A DNA stretch of 64,000 nt from Fistulifera solaris (lineage: Eukaryota): the NCBI GenBank assembly GCA_030295235.1, contig AP026153.1, positions 372,001-436,000 on the forward strand. Direction: 5' to 3'. Positions 14,050 through 24,543 of the stretch are shown here, one piece after another. Within the stretch, counting starts at the first letter, position 1. Every line of letters begins with the position of its first letter. Made by a program: the position numbers and the translations under genes. The notes beneath the pieces are model-generated. The model saw only the letters and a list, made by a program, of their open reading frames with translations. It did not search any database and was not told where the DNA came from.

Positions 14050-14835
14050 TTATTCGGCAAATTTAATGCTGCTAATGTAAGACAGCTTGGGATAAGTGCT
14101 TTCGAGGTAGGCATTACCTCTCATTTGAATCATTCCCTGGTTCGGGCCAGGACCACGGGGTGCTCCTTCCCCGTAACCAGCGTAAAACTTGTCTACAACA
14201 TCCATACCACTAATGACTTTTCCAATGGGAGAAAAGCCCTGCTTGTCGAGAAACGAGTTATCCGCCGTGTTGATGAATAGTTGTGTTGTTCGGGAGTTCG
14301 GACCGGCCGTCGCAAAGACAACGGTCCCCCGCGAGTTAGACACCTTGACAGGATCGTCCAACAGACTCTTACTTCTCCATTCGGCTTGAATACTGGGATT
14401 GCCTTGTATTCCGAACTGGGCCACAAAACCAGGCAAAACGCGAAAGATGCGGCAATCCTTGAAAAACTGGTTTCCTGTGAGTTCCATAAATCGAGCTACG
14501 CCACGAGGAGCCCACGACGGTTCGAGCTGTAATTGAATGACTCCGGATTTACTGGGATCGCCTTCTAAATTGCTGATGGTAATTTCCACAATCTTTCCAG
14601 AAAGTGTTTCTTGTTCGGCCGAAGCGAGTGCTGGCGTAACGACCGCACCGATCGTTGCAATACGACGAAGCAATCCAAAGAACTGACGACGTTCCGTCTT
14701 GCGTTCGGCTTGAAGAGCGGTAGTAGAAAAAGAAACGAGGTTTCCAGAGACTGACCTCGTCGGCAATTGCGGGGCAAACGCATTGACTTGCCATCCGAGA
14801 GACACGATTGCAGATGATACTAGAAAAACTAGCAT
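14050..14835 (-). CDS. Cyclophilin-type peptidyl-prolyl isomerase, plastid thylakoid-lumen targeted
   Basis: WAPRGVARF, FRVLPGFVAQFG, FATAGPNSRTTQLFIN, LDKQGFSPIGKV. Signal peptide ending VNA-FAP, then RR motif (ERRQFF) and hydrophobic A-S-A lumen signal. Confidence 0.9.
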   Translation of the reverse strand: MLVFLVSSAIVSLGWQVNAFAPQLPTRSVSGNLVSFSTTALQAERKTERRQFFGLLRRIATIGAVVTPALASAEQETLSGKIVEITISNLEGDPSKSGVIQLQLEPSWAPRGVARFMELTGNQFFKDCRIFRVLPGFVAQFGIQGNPSIQAEWRSKSLLDDPVKVSNSRGTVVFATAGPNSRTTQLFINTADNSFLDKQGFSPIGKVISGMDVVDKFYAGYGEGAPRGPGPNQGMIQMRGNAYLESTYPKLSYISSIKFAE

Positions 14836-15471
14836 CTTCCAGTTGCGGATGCGGCAGTTGAAGGACATGTTGTACGCTGTCAAAAGAAATGAACGGTGGA
14901 GGGAGAATAATGAGCAGGAAGAAATGCCGGCAAAGCAAAATCCTGTGTTCGCTTTCGTTTTTCTCCGCCGTCAGTTGCTCTCAGCTCTCAGTGAGCTGGC
15001 CTGGTTGACAAAGTGAAGATCGAGTTTTTGAGCGATGATGACGACGACACTCTGCGCTTTTGCTTTGCGCGCACCTTCATCGCATCGCGAAATGCGAATG
15101 AAGGCCTTTTGCATGTTGATTTGGCCTTATGAAAGGTAGTATAGTTGTAATATGTAAGATGTAGTGTCTTTGTCTCCAGTTGTCTCCAACGTTTTTCTCT
15201 TTATAAGTCTTCAAGTACCGCGGTACAAAACTTCACTATAGCTTTGTGTAGAGGGTAGGGGAACTATCTCTCAACGAGAAACGAGAACCTCAACAAAAAG
15301 ATACGCGTCCTTACCGTGTAGAAAACATCACCGCAAAAAAGCGCGACCATGATGCGAATGATAACCAACATTTTGGAGACCGCGATGTTCGCATAATGAT
15401 CGGCTATTCTTTCGCTTTTACATGTGTATACTCGACTGATTGCCATCTCTTCACAATTCATAAGCAAAACT

Positions 15472-16522
15472 ATGAAGATATACCATTTACTCGTCCTCCT
15501 TCCTGGTTTCGTACAAGCCTTTGTCGTTCCGAAGCAAGGACATGTGAGACTTGCCCATCAAATACAGCATACATCTTCGCTGCCGAGTCAAAAATTATTC
15601 CTTTATAAACCGAAACGCCTGGATACAAGAAATAGCAACGCATCTGAACTACAACTGTTACCTTCTATTACGGAACTGGGAGAGTCGCTTTTCTCATATA
15701 CCGGAAATGTTCCATACTGGCAAGCCTTTGGCTTGAATGCCATTTTATTTGCTCTCCTTTCGAAGAAATTACTCAAATCACTCACGCCGGAAGGTTTCGC
15801 GCATTCGTTTGCTCTGGGAACGTTGCTGTGGACCACACTTGGATGGCGAGGGTGGTCGCTGTGCGTGTTGTATTTGGTGGCAGGAAATCTGGTCACGAAG
15901 GTCCGATTCGCGGAAAAGGAAAAGCGGGGTCTCGCGGAGAAGCGGGGTGGTCGACGGGGACCGGAGAATGTGTGGTGAGTGTAATACCGAAGAAAATTCT
16001 TTAAAAGTATTTATTCGATCAACCTAACGCACTCATAGGGGCTCCGCGTTGACGGCGTTGATTTGTGCTTCGTGCTCCATTCAAGGGCCGTCTTTTCTCG
16101 GTATCTCGTCAGACTTGTACGTGATTGGGTTCGTAGCATCCCTTGCTACCAAGCTGGCCGATACATTTGCTTCAGAGATCGGTAAAGCCTACGGAAAGAC
16201 GACATTCCTCATTACGAACTTACAACGCGTGGAACCTGGTACAGAAGGGGCTATTTCCGCAGAAGGAACGGCGGCAGCCGTAGGTGGCGGACTTCTGCTG
16301 GCGCTGTATGGATGGGCAACCTCTTTAATATCGGCACCGGCGGTTCCCATTGTAACAACTGCTGCGTTTATTGCTACGAACATTGAAAGTGTGTTAGGGG
16401 CGACGTTACAGGAAAAGAAAGGGCTCGAATGGATGACGAATGAAGTTATCAACGGGCTGAATACACTGATAGGAGCCATAATAGCTATCGCTGCAACGAT
16501 GCTAGTAATGGGGGCCTCTTAG
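15472..16522 (+). CDS. VTE6: DUF92/TMEM19 family protein, VTE6-like phytyl-phosphate kinase, plastid-targeted; intron 15975-16038
   Basis: AEKRGGRRGPENV|WGSA restored by the GTGAGT...TAG intron; ATKLADTFASEIGKAYG, VEPGTEGAISAEGT, ESVLGATLQ; VQA-FVVP presequence. Confidence 0.85.
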
Positions 16523-16560
16523 AAGGCGCTACTGAGTTTATAATGCCATAATTGTAGCTA

Positions 16561-17510
16561 CTATTGACTACTAATCTTCCTTTTCTTTGGCGGTTCGTCT
16601 TCGACTCCACTGTCATCATCTTCGACTATTTCATCATCGTCATCTTCTTCCGAAGAAGATTCTTGATCCCAATTCTTTTTGGCTTCAAAAGAAAATCATC
16701 TTGTAGAGCATTCCAGTTTTGCTTCTTTTCCGACGTGCTGTTTACATCTTCTTTGTTCTCGTCTGGTTTACCCAGCGATGTTGCTTTAGCTTTGATCATA
16801 TCTAAAAAGCCATGCTTTGTCATCTTACGAACGGGCTCATTTTTCGGGTCAGCGGCGGAGTCTGTGGCATCGCAAGTCTTGTTTTGGTGCTGCGAAATGG
16901 CGTTAAAAAGCGCAACAACACCACGGGTTGCGACGCGGCGAAGCACACGTTCTTGTTCCAATTCTTTCGATATACTACTCTGTATTCCACTCTTTCCCGG
17001 GTTGACAAAAGTAGACAAAGATGCAACCGACAATGGCTCGTGAAAAGCCACCAATCGCTTTTCTCGGTTCGCTTGTCGTTTCTCTCTCATCTCCTTTTCT
17101 TTCTGTTTCTCCTCCTCAGCGAGCTTTTGAATGGGAGTTTTTGTTTTACTGAGAACCGCCGATTGTGCGTTTCCGGTGGTAGTTCCTAGAATCCTAGCCA
17201 TCGCACTCGCCATGCCCTTCGAACGCCGATCGCGTTCTTGTTCTTCGTCCGAGTCGTCCTCACTCGAATCGGATTCATCTTGACGAGTCTGTGACGGGCT
17301 GTCATCGCTTTGCTCGTCCGCATCGTATTGATTCTCGTCTACTTTCGTTTTCGCTAGTTTAGCGGGCTCTGCTTGATCCTCGTAGTCGCTACTTTCATGG
17401 TGATTGTTTTCTTCTTCGTCGCTGGACCCTGCAAATCGGTTTAAATCCTCCTCATCAACTTCAACCACTTCTCGCTTTAGCTTTGCCGCTTGCTTCTTTT
17501 TACTACCCAT
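16561..17510 (-). CDS. RRP15: Ribosomal RNA-processing protein RRP15; frameshift in A-run near 16677
   Basis: ERVLRRVATRGVVALFNAI, MTKHGFLDMIK, WNALQDDFL. The shifted frame continues KNWDQESSSEEDD...SQ* ending at 16561. Confidence 0.8.
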
Positions 17511-17903
17511 CTTGATTATGTTCAACCGTGGAAACACGAATTTGTGCACAAAAGTGTTTGCGCTGCAATAATAATTAATGTAGAGTTACTCCGTATCAAA
17601 TGAATAGTCTAGAGAATATAAATTTTTTCTTTTGAAAAGAGGTTTGAATGGAGGAAGGGGAAAACGCACGACGGCAAGACGCCCAAGGTCTCGTGACTAA
17701 AAAGCAGAAAGCAGTCAGCAAAAAATTTTCTGGAGAAAAGTGAAAACATGCGCGTCGGGAAACGGGAAATAAACAAAAGTTGTTCAAGACTATCGCAATG
17801 ATGAAAGAGAGCGGCGTTCTTATTGTCATTATCATAACATTGTCACTAGCTTATAATCTTGACAAGCATCGAAATTATCAATCTCTTTGATAATAGCGTA
17901 AAA

Positions 17904-19261
17904 ATGGATCACGGAAACGATATACTGGAACTCATTCCCAAAAAGCAATTGACAGAAACCCAACGCAGCCTCCAGCGGAGAGTGAGACCGCAAAATGGCG
18001 GTCTTGCGCTCTTTACAGATTTCTGCGAGAACCGAACAGTTTAGAAGAAATCAATTGGGATCAAGTGCAAGACGGAGCTGCTCTTTGGCGCGACAATGGC
18101 ACAGTCGTAACCAATTGGGCGCCAAAAATATCGAAGCATTTGCGTTATGTTCTCTTTGACATCGACTTTGACTTAACCTTTATTATTGTCGGGCAAACCG
18201 ATGATGCCGTTGCGGAAACATTCACGTTTCTGTGGTCTCTCGACTATAAAGGATGCGACGATTCGAACATTTATAGTATTTGGGATCACCGATTTGACTT
18301 TGATGCCCTCTCAGCTGATCAACTCGCCCGAATACTTGATGCGAATCGAGGGCGCACCTACAATCTTCAATACGGAACATGGAATAAAGAGCAGTCCGAG
18401 ATATTGGCTTCCAGGTCCTACTACCTAAAGCTGCAGATTTCCTATGAATTTATCTTTGCAGACGGAGGAACGGCATTCATCGATGCGCTCGAGAGACGAT
18501 CTACATCGTTTGGCTATCTCGAAATCGCTTGTACTGGGAAATCCAAGATTATGAGCAACTTTAATTGGGCACGACTGTTCAAACTCGATCGGTGCTTTGA
18601 AGAGCTCCGAGTTGCTTACCTAGGAAAAAGATCGCTACTTCTTCCGTTCTCGATGAAAGTGAAGTCGCTCGTTTATGCAATCAAAGATGAGCATCTTGAG
18701 CCGAAAAGTTTTGAATCTCTTGATATTGCAACAAAAGATCTTACGCTCAAAATGTGGATGGAAGGCCTAAGCGAAGAACCGGCTCCCGAGCTGCCGATTT
18801 CACTCTTGAAGCGGGCAGCTGAGTTGGGTCATTTTGAGAGATTCCAATTTTCACTTCGTTTTGATTATGATGTTGCTACTGTCGAAGTGGAGGAAATAAC
18901 AGATGCAATTATACATTTCATAAAAAGCAACCCGAAGTTGACAACTCTGGTGCTGGGCAACGATGACGAAGGCTCTTTGTATTGGTGCTGCCACTTGCAA
19001 TACATATTTTATGTGATAGAAGATCATCCAAGTCTCCGTTCGATTAAAGTGGACTCTCGCAGGTGGAATGACTCTACCTTTTCTTGGCTGGAGCGATTAC
19101 TGACGCGAAACCGAAACGTTACTGTGTCGGATTATTACGATAAAATCATTTCGAATGGTTCAAATATCGACCACTTCTATGCGGTAAACCGATTAGCAGT
19201 ACCGGAGGTAACTCGCAGTTTTTTCCTGCCAACGAAATGGGCCAGAAAGACAATATACTAG
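17904..19261 (+). CDS. Lineage-expanded RNI/LRR-like hypothetical family, copy 1 (frameshift ~18012; C-terminally truncated)
   Basis: Shares ILELIP, WRDNGT, AETFTFLWSL, QLARILDAN, DGGTAFIDAL, RAAELGHFE, LLTRNRNVTV and ISNG..ID with copies 2-4. Confidence 0.7.
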
Positions 19262-20829
19262 ACCTCATTCCCAACATACAACTGTCGGCAGGCCAACGCA
19301 GCCTCCAACAGGCAATGGTTTCGTTTTGTGATGAAGACGCTTACGTATACATGTACAGATTGCGCCGAGAACCCAGCTATCTTGAAGATATCAAGTGGAA
19401 GTCTTTTCGAGATGGAGTTGCTATCTTGCGCGACAATGATACAGTCATAGCCCCGAGGGTGGCTTACCAACTAGATAATGAGCGTTTTGTTAGCTTTGGA
19501 ATGAATATCGGCGAAGGGAGTTCTTCCTTTACTATTTTTGGGAAAACTGACCGCGCTGTTGCCGAAACAGCGACGTTCTTTTGGTCTCTCAAGAATGCCG
19601 ATTCCTCTGTAGGCTGGCTCTGCGTTGAGGCACAGAACGACGACTTTGACTTTGCTGCTCTTCAAGCGGGTCAACTCGCTCGAATTTTAGATGCGAATCC
19701 TGAACGGACCTTCGACATTCAAACAGGAAACTGGACTACAGAACAGTCCGAAGTTCTGGCTTCAAGGTCCTTTCCCTTGAAAGTAAAAATTTCCGGAACA
19801 TTCGCGTTTCAAGACGAAGGAACAGCATTTGTCGATGAGCTTCAGAGACGACAAACGCCGTTTGGTCGTCTTGATATTGAATGTGATGACGAGACAAAGC
19901 CTTTTAGCTTCGCCAATTGGGAGCGATTTCTGAAACTTGATGTTACTTTTGAAGAGCTCCGAATCGGTTACCTGGAAGAGGGATTGACTTATCTTCCGTT
20001 TTATATGAAAACGGAGTCGTTAGAGTATGCTATCAAAGATGATCATCTTGAGCTTGAGAAAATTGCGTCTCTTGATATTGTGACGAGGGACCTTGCTCTT
20101 AAAATGAAGCTGGACGACACTGAAGAAGACTGGACTCAGCTGCCGATTTCATTCTTGAACAGGGTAGCGGAATTGGGCCATTTTGAGAAATTTCAGTTCT
20201 CCGTCGTTCTAGACTATGAAGTCGAGACGGACGAAATAGAATCAATCGCAGACGCATTCATGAATGCGGTAAACCGAAACCGAAACCTGGCAACCCTGAC
20301 GTTGGGCGACGCGGAAGACGATTCTTTCTGGGATTGGGGCCACAACTTGCAGCGTATCTTCAAGGAGATAGAAAAGCATCCAAGTCTTCGTACGTTTCGT
20401 GTGAAATGTATAGATTGGGATGATTCTACGTTTCAGCGTCTCAAGGATTTGCTGTCGCAAAACCGGCAAATCACTGTAACGGATATTTTTGACGATAAAA
20501 TTATTTCAGGTGACATAGCTATCGACAAGCTGTATGCGCTAAACCGATTCTTCAATGGATCGAAACAGCTGTTCAAAGAGAAGCCAATTGAACAATCATT
20601 GCTCGTTACAGCGGCGTTGACACAAAGCGCTCTAACCGATTTCCAGTATATTTCACTTTTGATGTCCGATCACACTGACGTCCTTAGTGATTTTATCATC
20701 GGTGTCTGTCAAGATGAAGCTGCAACAGGATTGTCCCTTGAAAACGAGCACACAGCATCCAGTATTGCTTCTTATCAAGCCACGAGGCGCCCGAAACGTA
20801 AACGACGTTTCAGTCGTCGCCAGGCGTAA
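19237..20829 (+). CDS. Lineage-expanded RNI/LRR-like hypothetical family, copy 2 (intact, intronless)
   Basis: 530-aa ORF, paralogous over its length to copy 1; ends in a basic NLS-like tail (RRPKRKRRFSRR). Confidence 0.8.
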   Translation: MGQKDNILDLIPNIQLSAGQRSLQQAMVSFCDEDAYVYMYRLRREPSYLEDIKWKSFRDGVAILRDNDTVIAPRVAYQLDNERFVSFGMNIGEGSSSFTIFGKTDRAVAETATFFWSLKNADSSVGWLCVEAQNDDFDFAALQAGQLARILDANPERTFDIQTGNWTTEQSEVLASRSFPLKVKISGTFAFQDEGTAFVDELQRRQTPFGRLDIECDDETKPFSFANWERFLKLDVTFEELRIGYLEEGLTYLPFYMKTESLEYAIKDDHLELEKIASLDIVTRDLALKMKLDDTEEDWTQLPISFLNRVAELGHFEKFQFSVVLDYEVETDEIESIADAFMNAVNRNRNLATLTLGDAEDDSFWDWGHNLQRIFKEIEKHPSLRTFRVKCIDWDDSTFQRLKDLLSQNRQITVTDIFDDKIISGDIAIDKLYALNRFFNGSKQLFKEKPIEQSLLVTAALTQSALTDFQYISLLMSDHTDVLSDFIIGVCQDEAATGLSLENEHTASSIASYQATRRPKRKRRFSRRQA

Positions 20830-21121
20830 AAGGAGATGAATGATTTCAGACCTCAAACTGTCTGTTTCTCATATCGGGGACCCCCACCACACATCAAATT
20901 CTAGATAAACATTGTCAAACCTAGATTTGTTGATAGTGGTTTCATTATTTACCTCCATACGACTAGACTATTGGTACTGGTATTAATGATACTGCTGCCA
21001 ATGATGTTTACCTGCCGGACGTGCGCCGCGTGGTGCCGAATTTTAATACTCACATTGCATTCTGGGTTATTTGTGAGCTACAAGTGTTATTCAAAACGTA
21101 TTTAGCCGCATCGACCAAAAC

Positions 21122-22804
21122 TCAATGTGTCGAATCCAACTCTTCGGTCTTTTTCCCGGCGGATCGGCCACTTTCTTCTAGGATTTCATCCCAGTGAGCA
21201 GCGCATTGTAAGCTGAAGATGGAAACCAATAGAAAAGACGATACAGCAACGACTGCATATGTTTGATTCACATCAGCTTCGACGAGGATGGTGAAGATCA
21301 AAGGAGGCAACCACGATAAGATTTGGGTGCAGTAGACGTAAAAGCCAGCTAGTTCCTAACAGAAAAGGGTCAGGTCAGGTCGTTCGAACAGAAGAAAAGC
21401 CACAGTTTTCAGACGTACCGCTTCGTGATCTTTCGGAAGGATCATTGAGAAAAGAGATTTTCGGTGGGATAGAACCAACCGAGATGCAAACCAATCCCCG
21501 CGCCCCATAAATAGGATAGACTTTTCGGGATGTAATCGAGCACGATCGCGCCACCGGACGCGAACAGCATTAAAGAGAGCATACACAATTGCCACGAAGT
21601 ATTCGGATTCGATCGAGCAGTCACGAAAGCACCAATCTTCGATCCAGGGAGAGAGAATAGCAACGTCACCAAAAAGAAGAGACCGATCTCTGTTCCACTC
21701 AGTCCGATTTGTTCGTCCAGAAAGACGACAGCTACCGTCGTGAACGCATTCACAGCAGATTCAGCAAATATGAGTGCCACAAAGTAGCATCGTAGTCCCC
21801 GTTTGTAGTGTTGTTGGATTTCTTTGGCCGTATGATACACGCGCGAGAATCCTTCCGTGATAAGCAACTTTCCTTCGCGTAGCACGTGACGCGGCGGCAC
21901 ATTTGGCAACAACAGCCAACCCCAATAAAAGAATGATCCGGTCCACACCACATCAATCCCTTGGCTGACCTGCGCCGTGTTGACATCATCCAAACCCAAG
22001 GCAATCGAAATAGCGATAACGACAATCAAGAATAAACATTGTGCCCCAAACTGTGTCATGGTGAAGAGCGCCGTTTCTGTAAATGAAAAAGGTACCTAAA
22101 GTGAGTTCGGTGGCCTGTAGGTGTATCTATTTCAGTACATAGAACCGCGAGCACTTACGTTGTGTCATAATCTGCTGCCCGACGGTGGTCGCAATTTCCG
22201 GAAGATAGGCGTACACGGCCAGCACTTGCACCTGATACAAAAATCCCGCGAGTGCCTGTAACATCGCCATGGCAAACCAGGTCGACGACACGGTATATAT
22301 TTGCACCGCCTGAATGAGTATCATCAGAACCGCCACACAGATCCCCACCTGTCGACGAAACGATGTATAATCGATCATGGCCCCCGCCAGAGGCATGAAC
22401 AAGGCCGACAAGACTCCCGTCATGATGGCAATGTTAGAAATCAAGGAAACAGGTTTGAAGCCGTACACTTTCTCGTCGCAGTCGTCTGATACTTCGTCAC
22501 CTTTTTCGTTCAAACAACCCGCTTCTTCGGAAGCGAGAAAGATCAAGGACGTCGAAAGAAAGATGTTGGACATAACGAGAGCCCCTCGACCGATACCAAG
22601 CTAACAGAACTGCATGAGGATCTTGTTGAGGTGCCTGAAATGATTGCTGTTGTTACATACCGTGCAATAGCCCCTGGACATGGCCACATTGTCGAACTTG
22701 TACCAGGGTATCTTTTTCACCGAAGCATCTTCATCCTCTATTTCGTCATTCTTCGGACCGTCTTCGACGGAACCTTCCGACACTTTATCGATCTCGGTTG
22801 ACAT
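21122..22804 (-). CDS. MFS transporter, Atg22/UMF1-like; introns 22601-22660, 22077-22158, ~21356-21418; frameshift ~21450
   Basis: About 12 hydrophobic segments; MPLAGAMIDYTSFRR, YAYLPEI, ELAGFYVYCTQILSWLPPL. Splice sites are canonical. Confidence 0.8.
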
Positions 22805-23305
22805 GTTTTTTTAGGCTAAAGAATTTTTTTGAAATAGATGCAATGTATTTGAGGTATCCAGAAATTTAAGAAAGGCAAATGACATTATTATTATTGGCAT
22901 CGACAAAGCATTTAGAGTATTTCGCATCATGTTGTCGATTGTCGATCGCCTGGATGCAGTTTGGCATTTGGCATGCAGCTTGCGTTTACGGCTGGCGTCA
23001 CTTTCTTGTTTTGTGCTATGGCGAAAACATTATCAAGAAGAGGTTATACCAGCTAGGATGTACACAACCGGTTTTGAAAACGACTGACTTCAATTCGCGC
23101 TGAACTCGTGATCAGATTCATTCGTGACTTGTCAATACTGCGCTCGAGGAGCGGAATACCTGGTAACGTTGCGACGAAAGCCCAGCATTTTCTCATTGCA
23201 ATCAAAATCAAGCCTGTTTGGAGTTGATATTGTATTAAAGAGGCTTGCTATCATTACGTAATCAAATCATCTGTTTCTTTCAAAGGCAAGCAAGTATTTT
23301 CTCAA

Positions 23306-23863
23306 ATGATGTCACAGCGCTGTTCATACTGGTTTCTCGTGCTATGGCTCAGCAGCGTCCTTTCGTTCACCCCTTTGCATGAGCCACGCCGTTCTTCTAC
23401 ACGGTTGTGTGCCATCAAAGTCACCCTGCGCATGGTCGGCAAGCGAAAAGCGGAAACATGGCTTGAAGATGGTTGTGATATGTACGCGAGTCGATTACGA
23501 TCGGCGGGTATTGATTGGGAGACGGTCGTTCACAAAAGCGACGAAGCACTGACCCAAGGTGTGGAAGGTGATTTGAGTAAAGGACACGCCGTGGTATTAC
23601 TGGATCCTTACGGGAAGCAATACAAAAGTAGCGATGAACTGGCGTCGTCAGTGTACGACTGGTTTGAAGTCGGTGGCAGTCGTCTTTCGTTTGTGATTGG
23701 GGGAGCCGAGGGATTGCCCCGAGAAGTGAAGAATTTGGCAGGGATTACGGGGCTATGGAGTTTGTCGCATTTGACGCTTCCTCATCAACTCGCTCGTCTT
23801 GTAGTAATGGAGCAAATTTATCGTGCCAGCGAGATACGGAAAGGGTCGAGCTACAACAAGTGA
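23306..23863 (+). CDS. rlmH: RlmH-like SPOUT methyltransferase (23S rRNA m3Psi1915), plastid-targeted
   Basis: VLLDPYGK..SSDELA, FVIGGAEGL, WSLSHLTLPHQLARLVVMEQIYRA...GSSY; signal + SFTP presequence. Confidence 0.9.
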   Translation: MMSQRCSYWFLVLWLSSVLSFTPLHEPRRSSTRLCAIKVTLRMVGKRKAETWLEDGCDMYASRLRSAGIDWETVVHKSDEALTQGVEGDLSKGHAVVLLDPYGKQYKSSDELASSVYDWFEVGGSRLSFVIGGAEGLPREVKNLAGITGLWSLSHLTLPHQLARLVVMEQIYRASEIRKGSSYNK

Positions 23864-24543
23864 TGAATTTTAACGACTTACTCAGTGAGATGTTCGTTCT
23901 TTTGATGCAAGATGCGGAAGATGACGAAATCGATAATTCGCCCGAGAAAAGTATCAATGCGGCGTTAATTTAGCGACGTGTTTCTACAACTAGTTGGAGT
24001 CGGTGTACGTGGCTTTGTTTATTATAAGAGGAGCTGATGCCTGCCCATTGAAGTATAATCATAAGTGGGGCTTTGAGCCTGTAAAGGTATTGCATTTTAT
24101 GCTTCCTTGTACTTGCTGGTTTTGTGGCGACGGACAAGGTGTTTTGCGAGAGCGAGATACGAAATGGGTAGGTGAGTACGGACGAAGCACTCAATTATTT
24201 TCTTCAAATGAATGTCGGTTGTCGACATCCTACGTTACAATCATTGAATTTTGATTCAATAGCATGACTCTTTTAGAGCTACGAAGTAGCCAGCATTTGA
24301 GTTAAAGATTGTGCAGCAAAGTACAAGAACATAGCCAGGCCCCCGTGACTGTGGAATTCGTCACATTTAATGCTTCCTCGCCAACCCAACCGTCTCGTTG
24401 CCTTTCGGTTTATTAAAGTTAACTAATCTGACATAAGAAAATTTATGAACTCATGAGTTTTATTGTTCAGTGTGGCGTTTGCATAAAGAACTTTGATTCA
24501 TAATTGTGAACGTATCCTCATTTCGTGTCTCTTGACCAATTGG

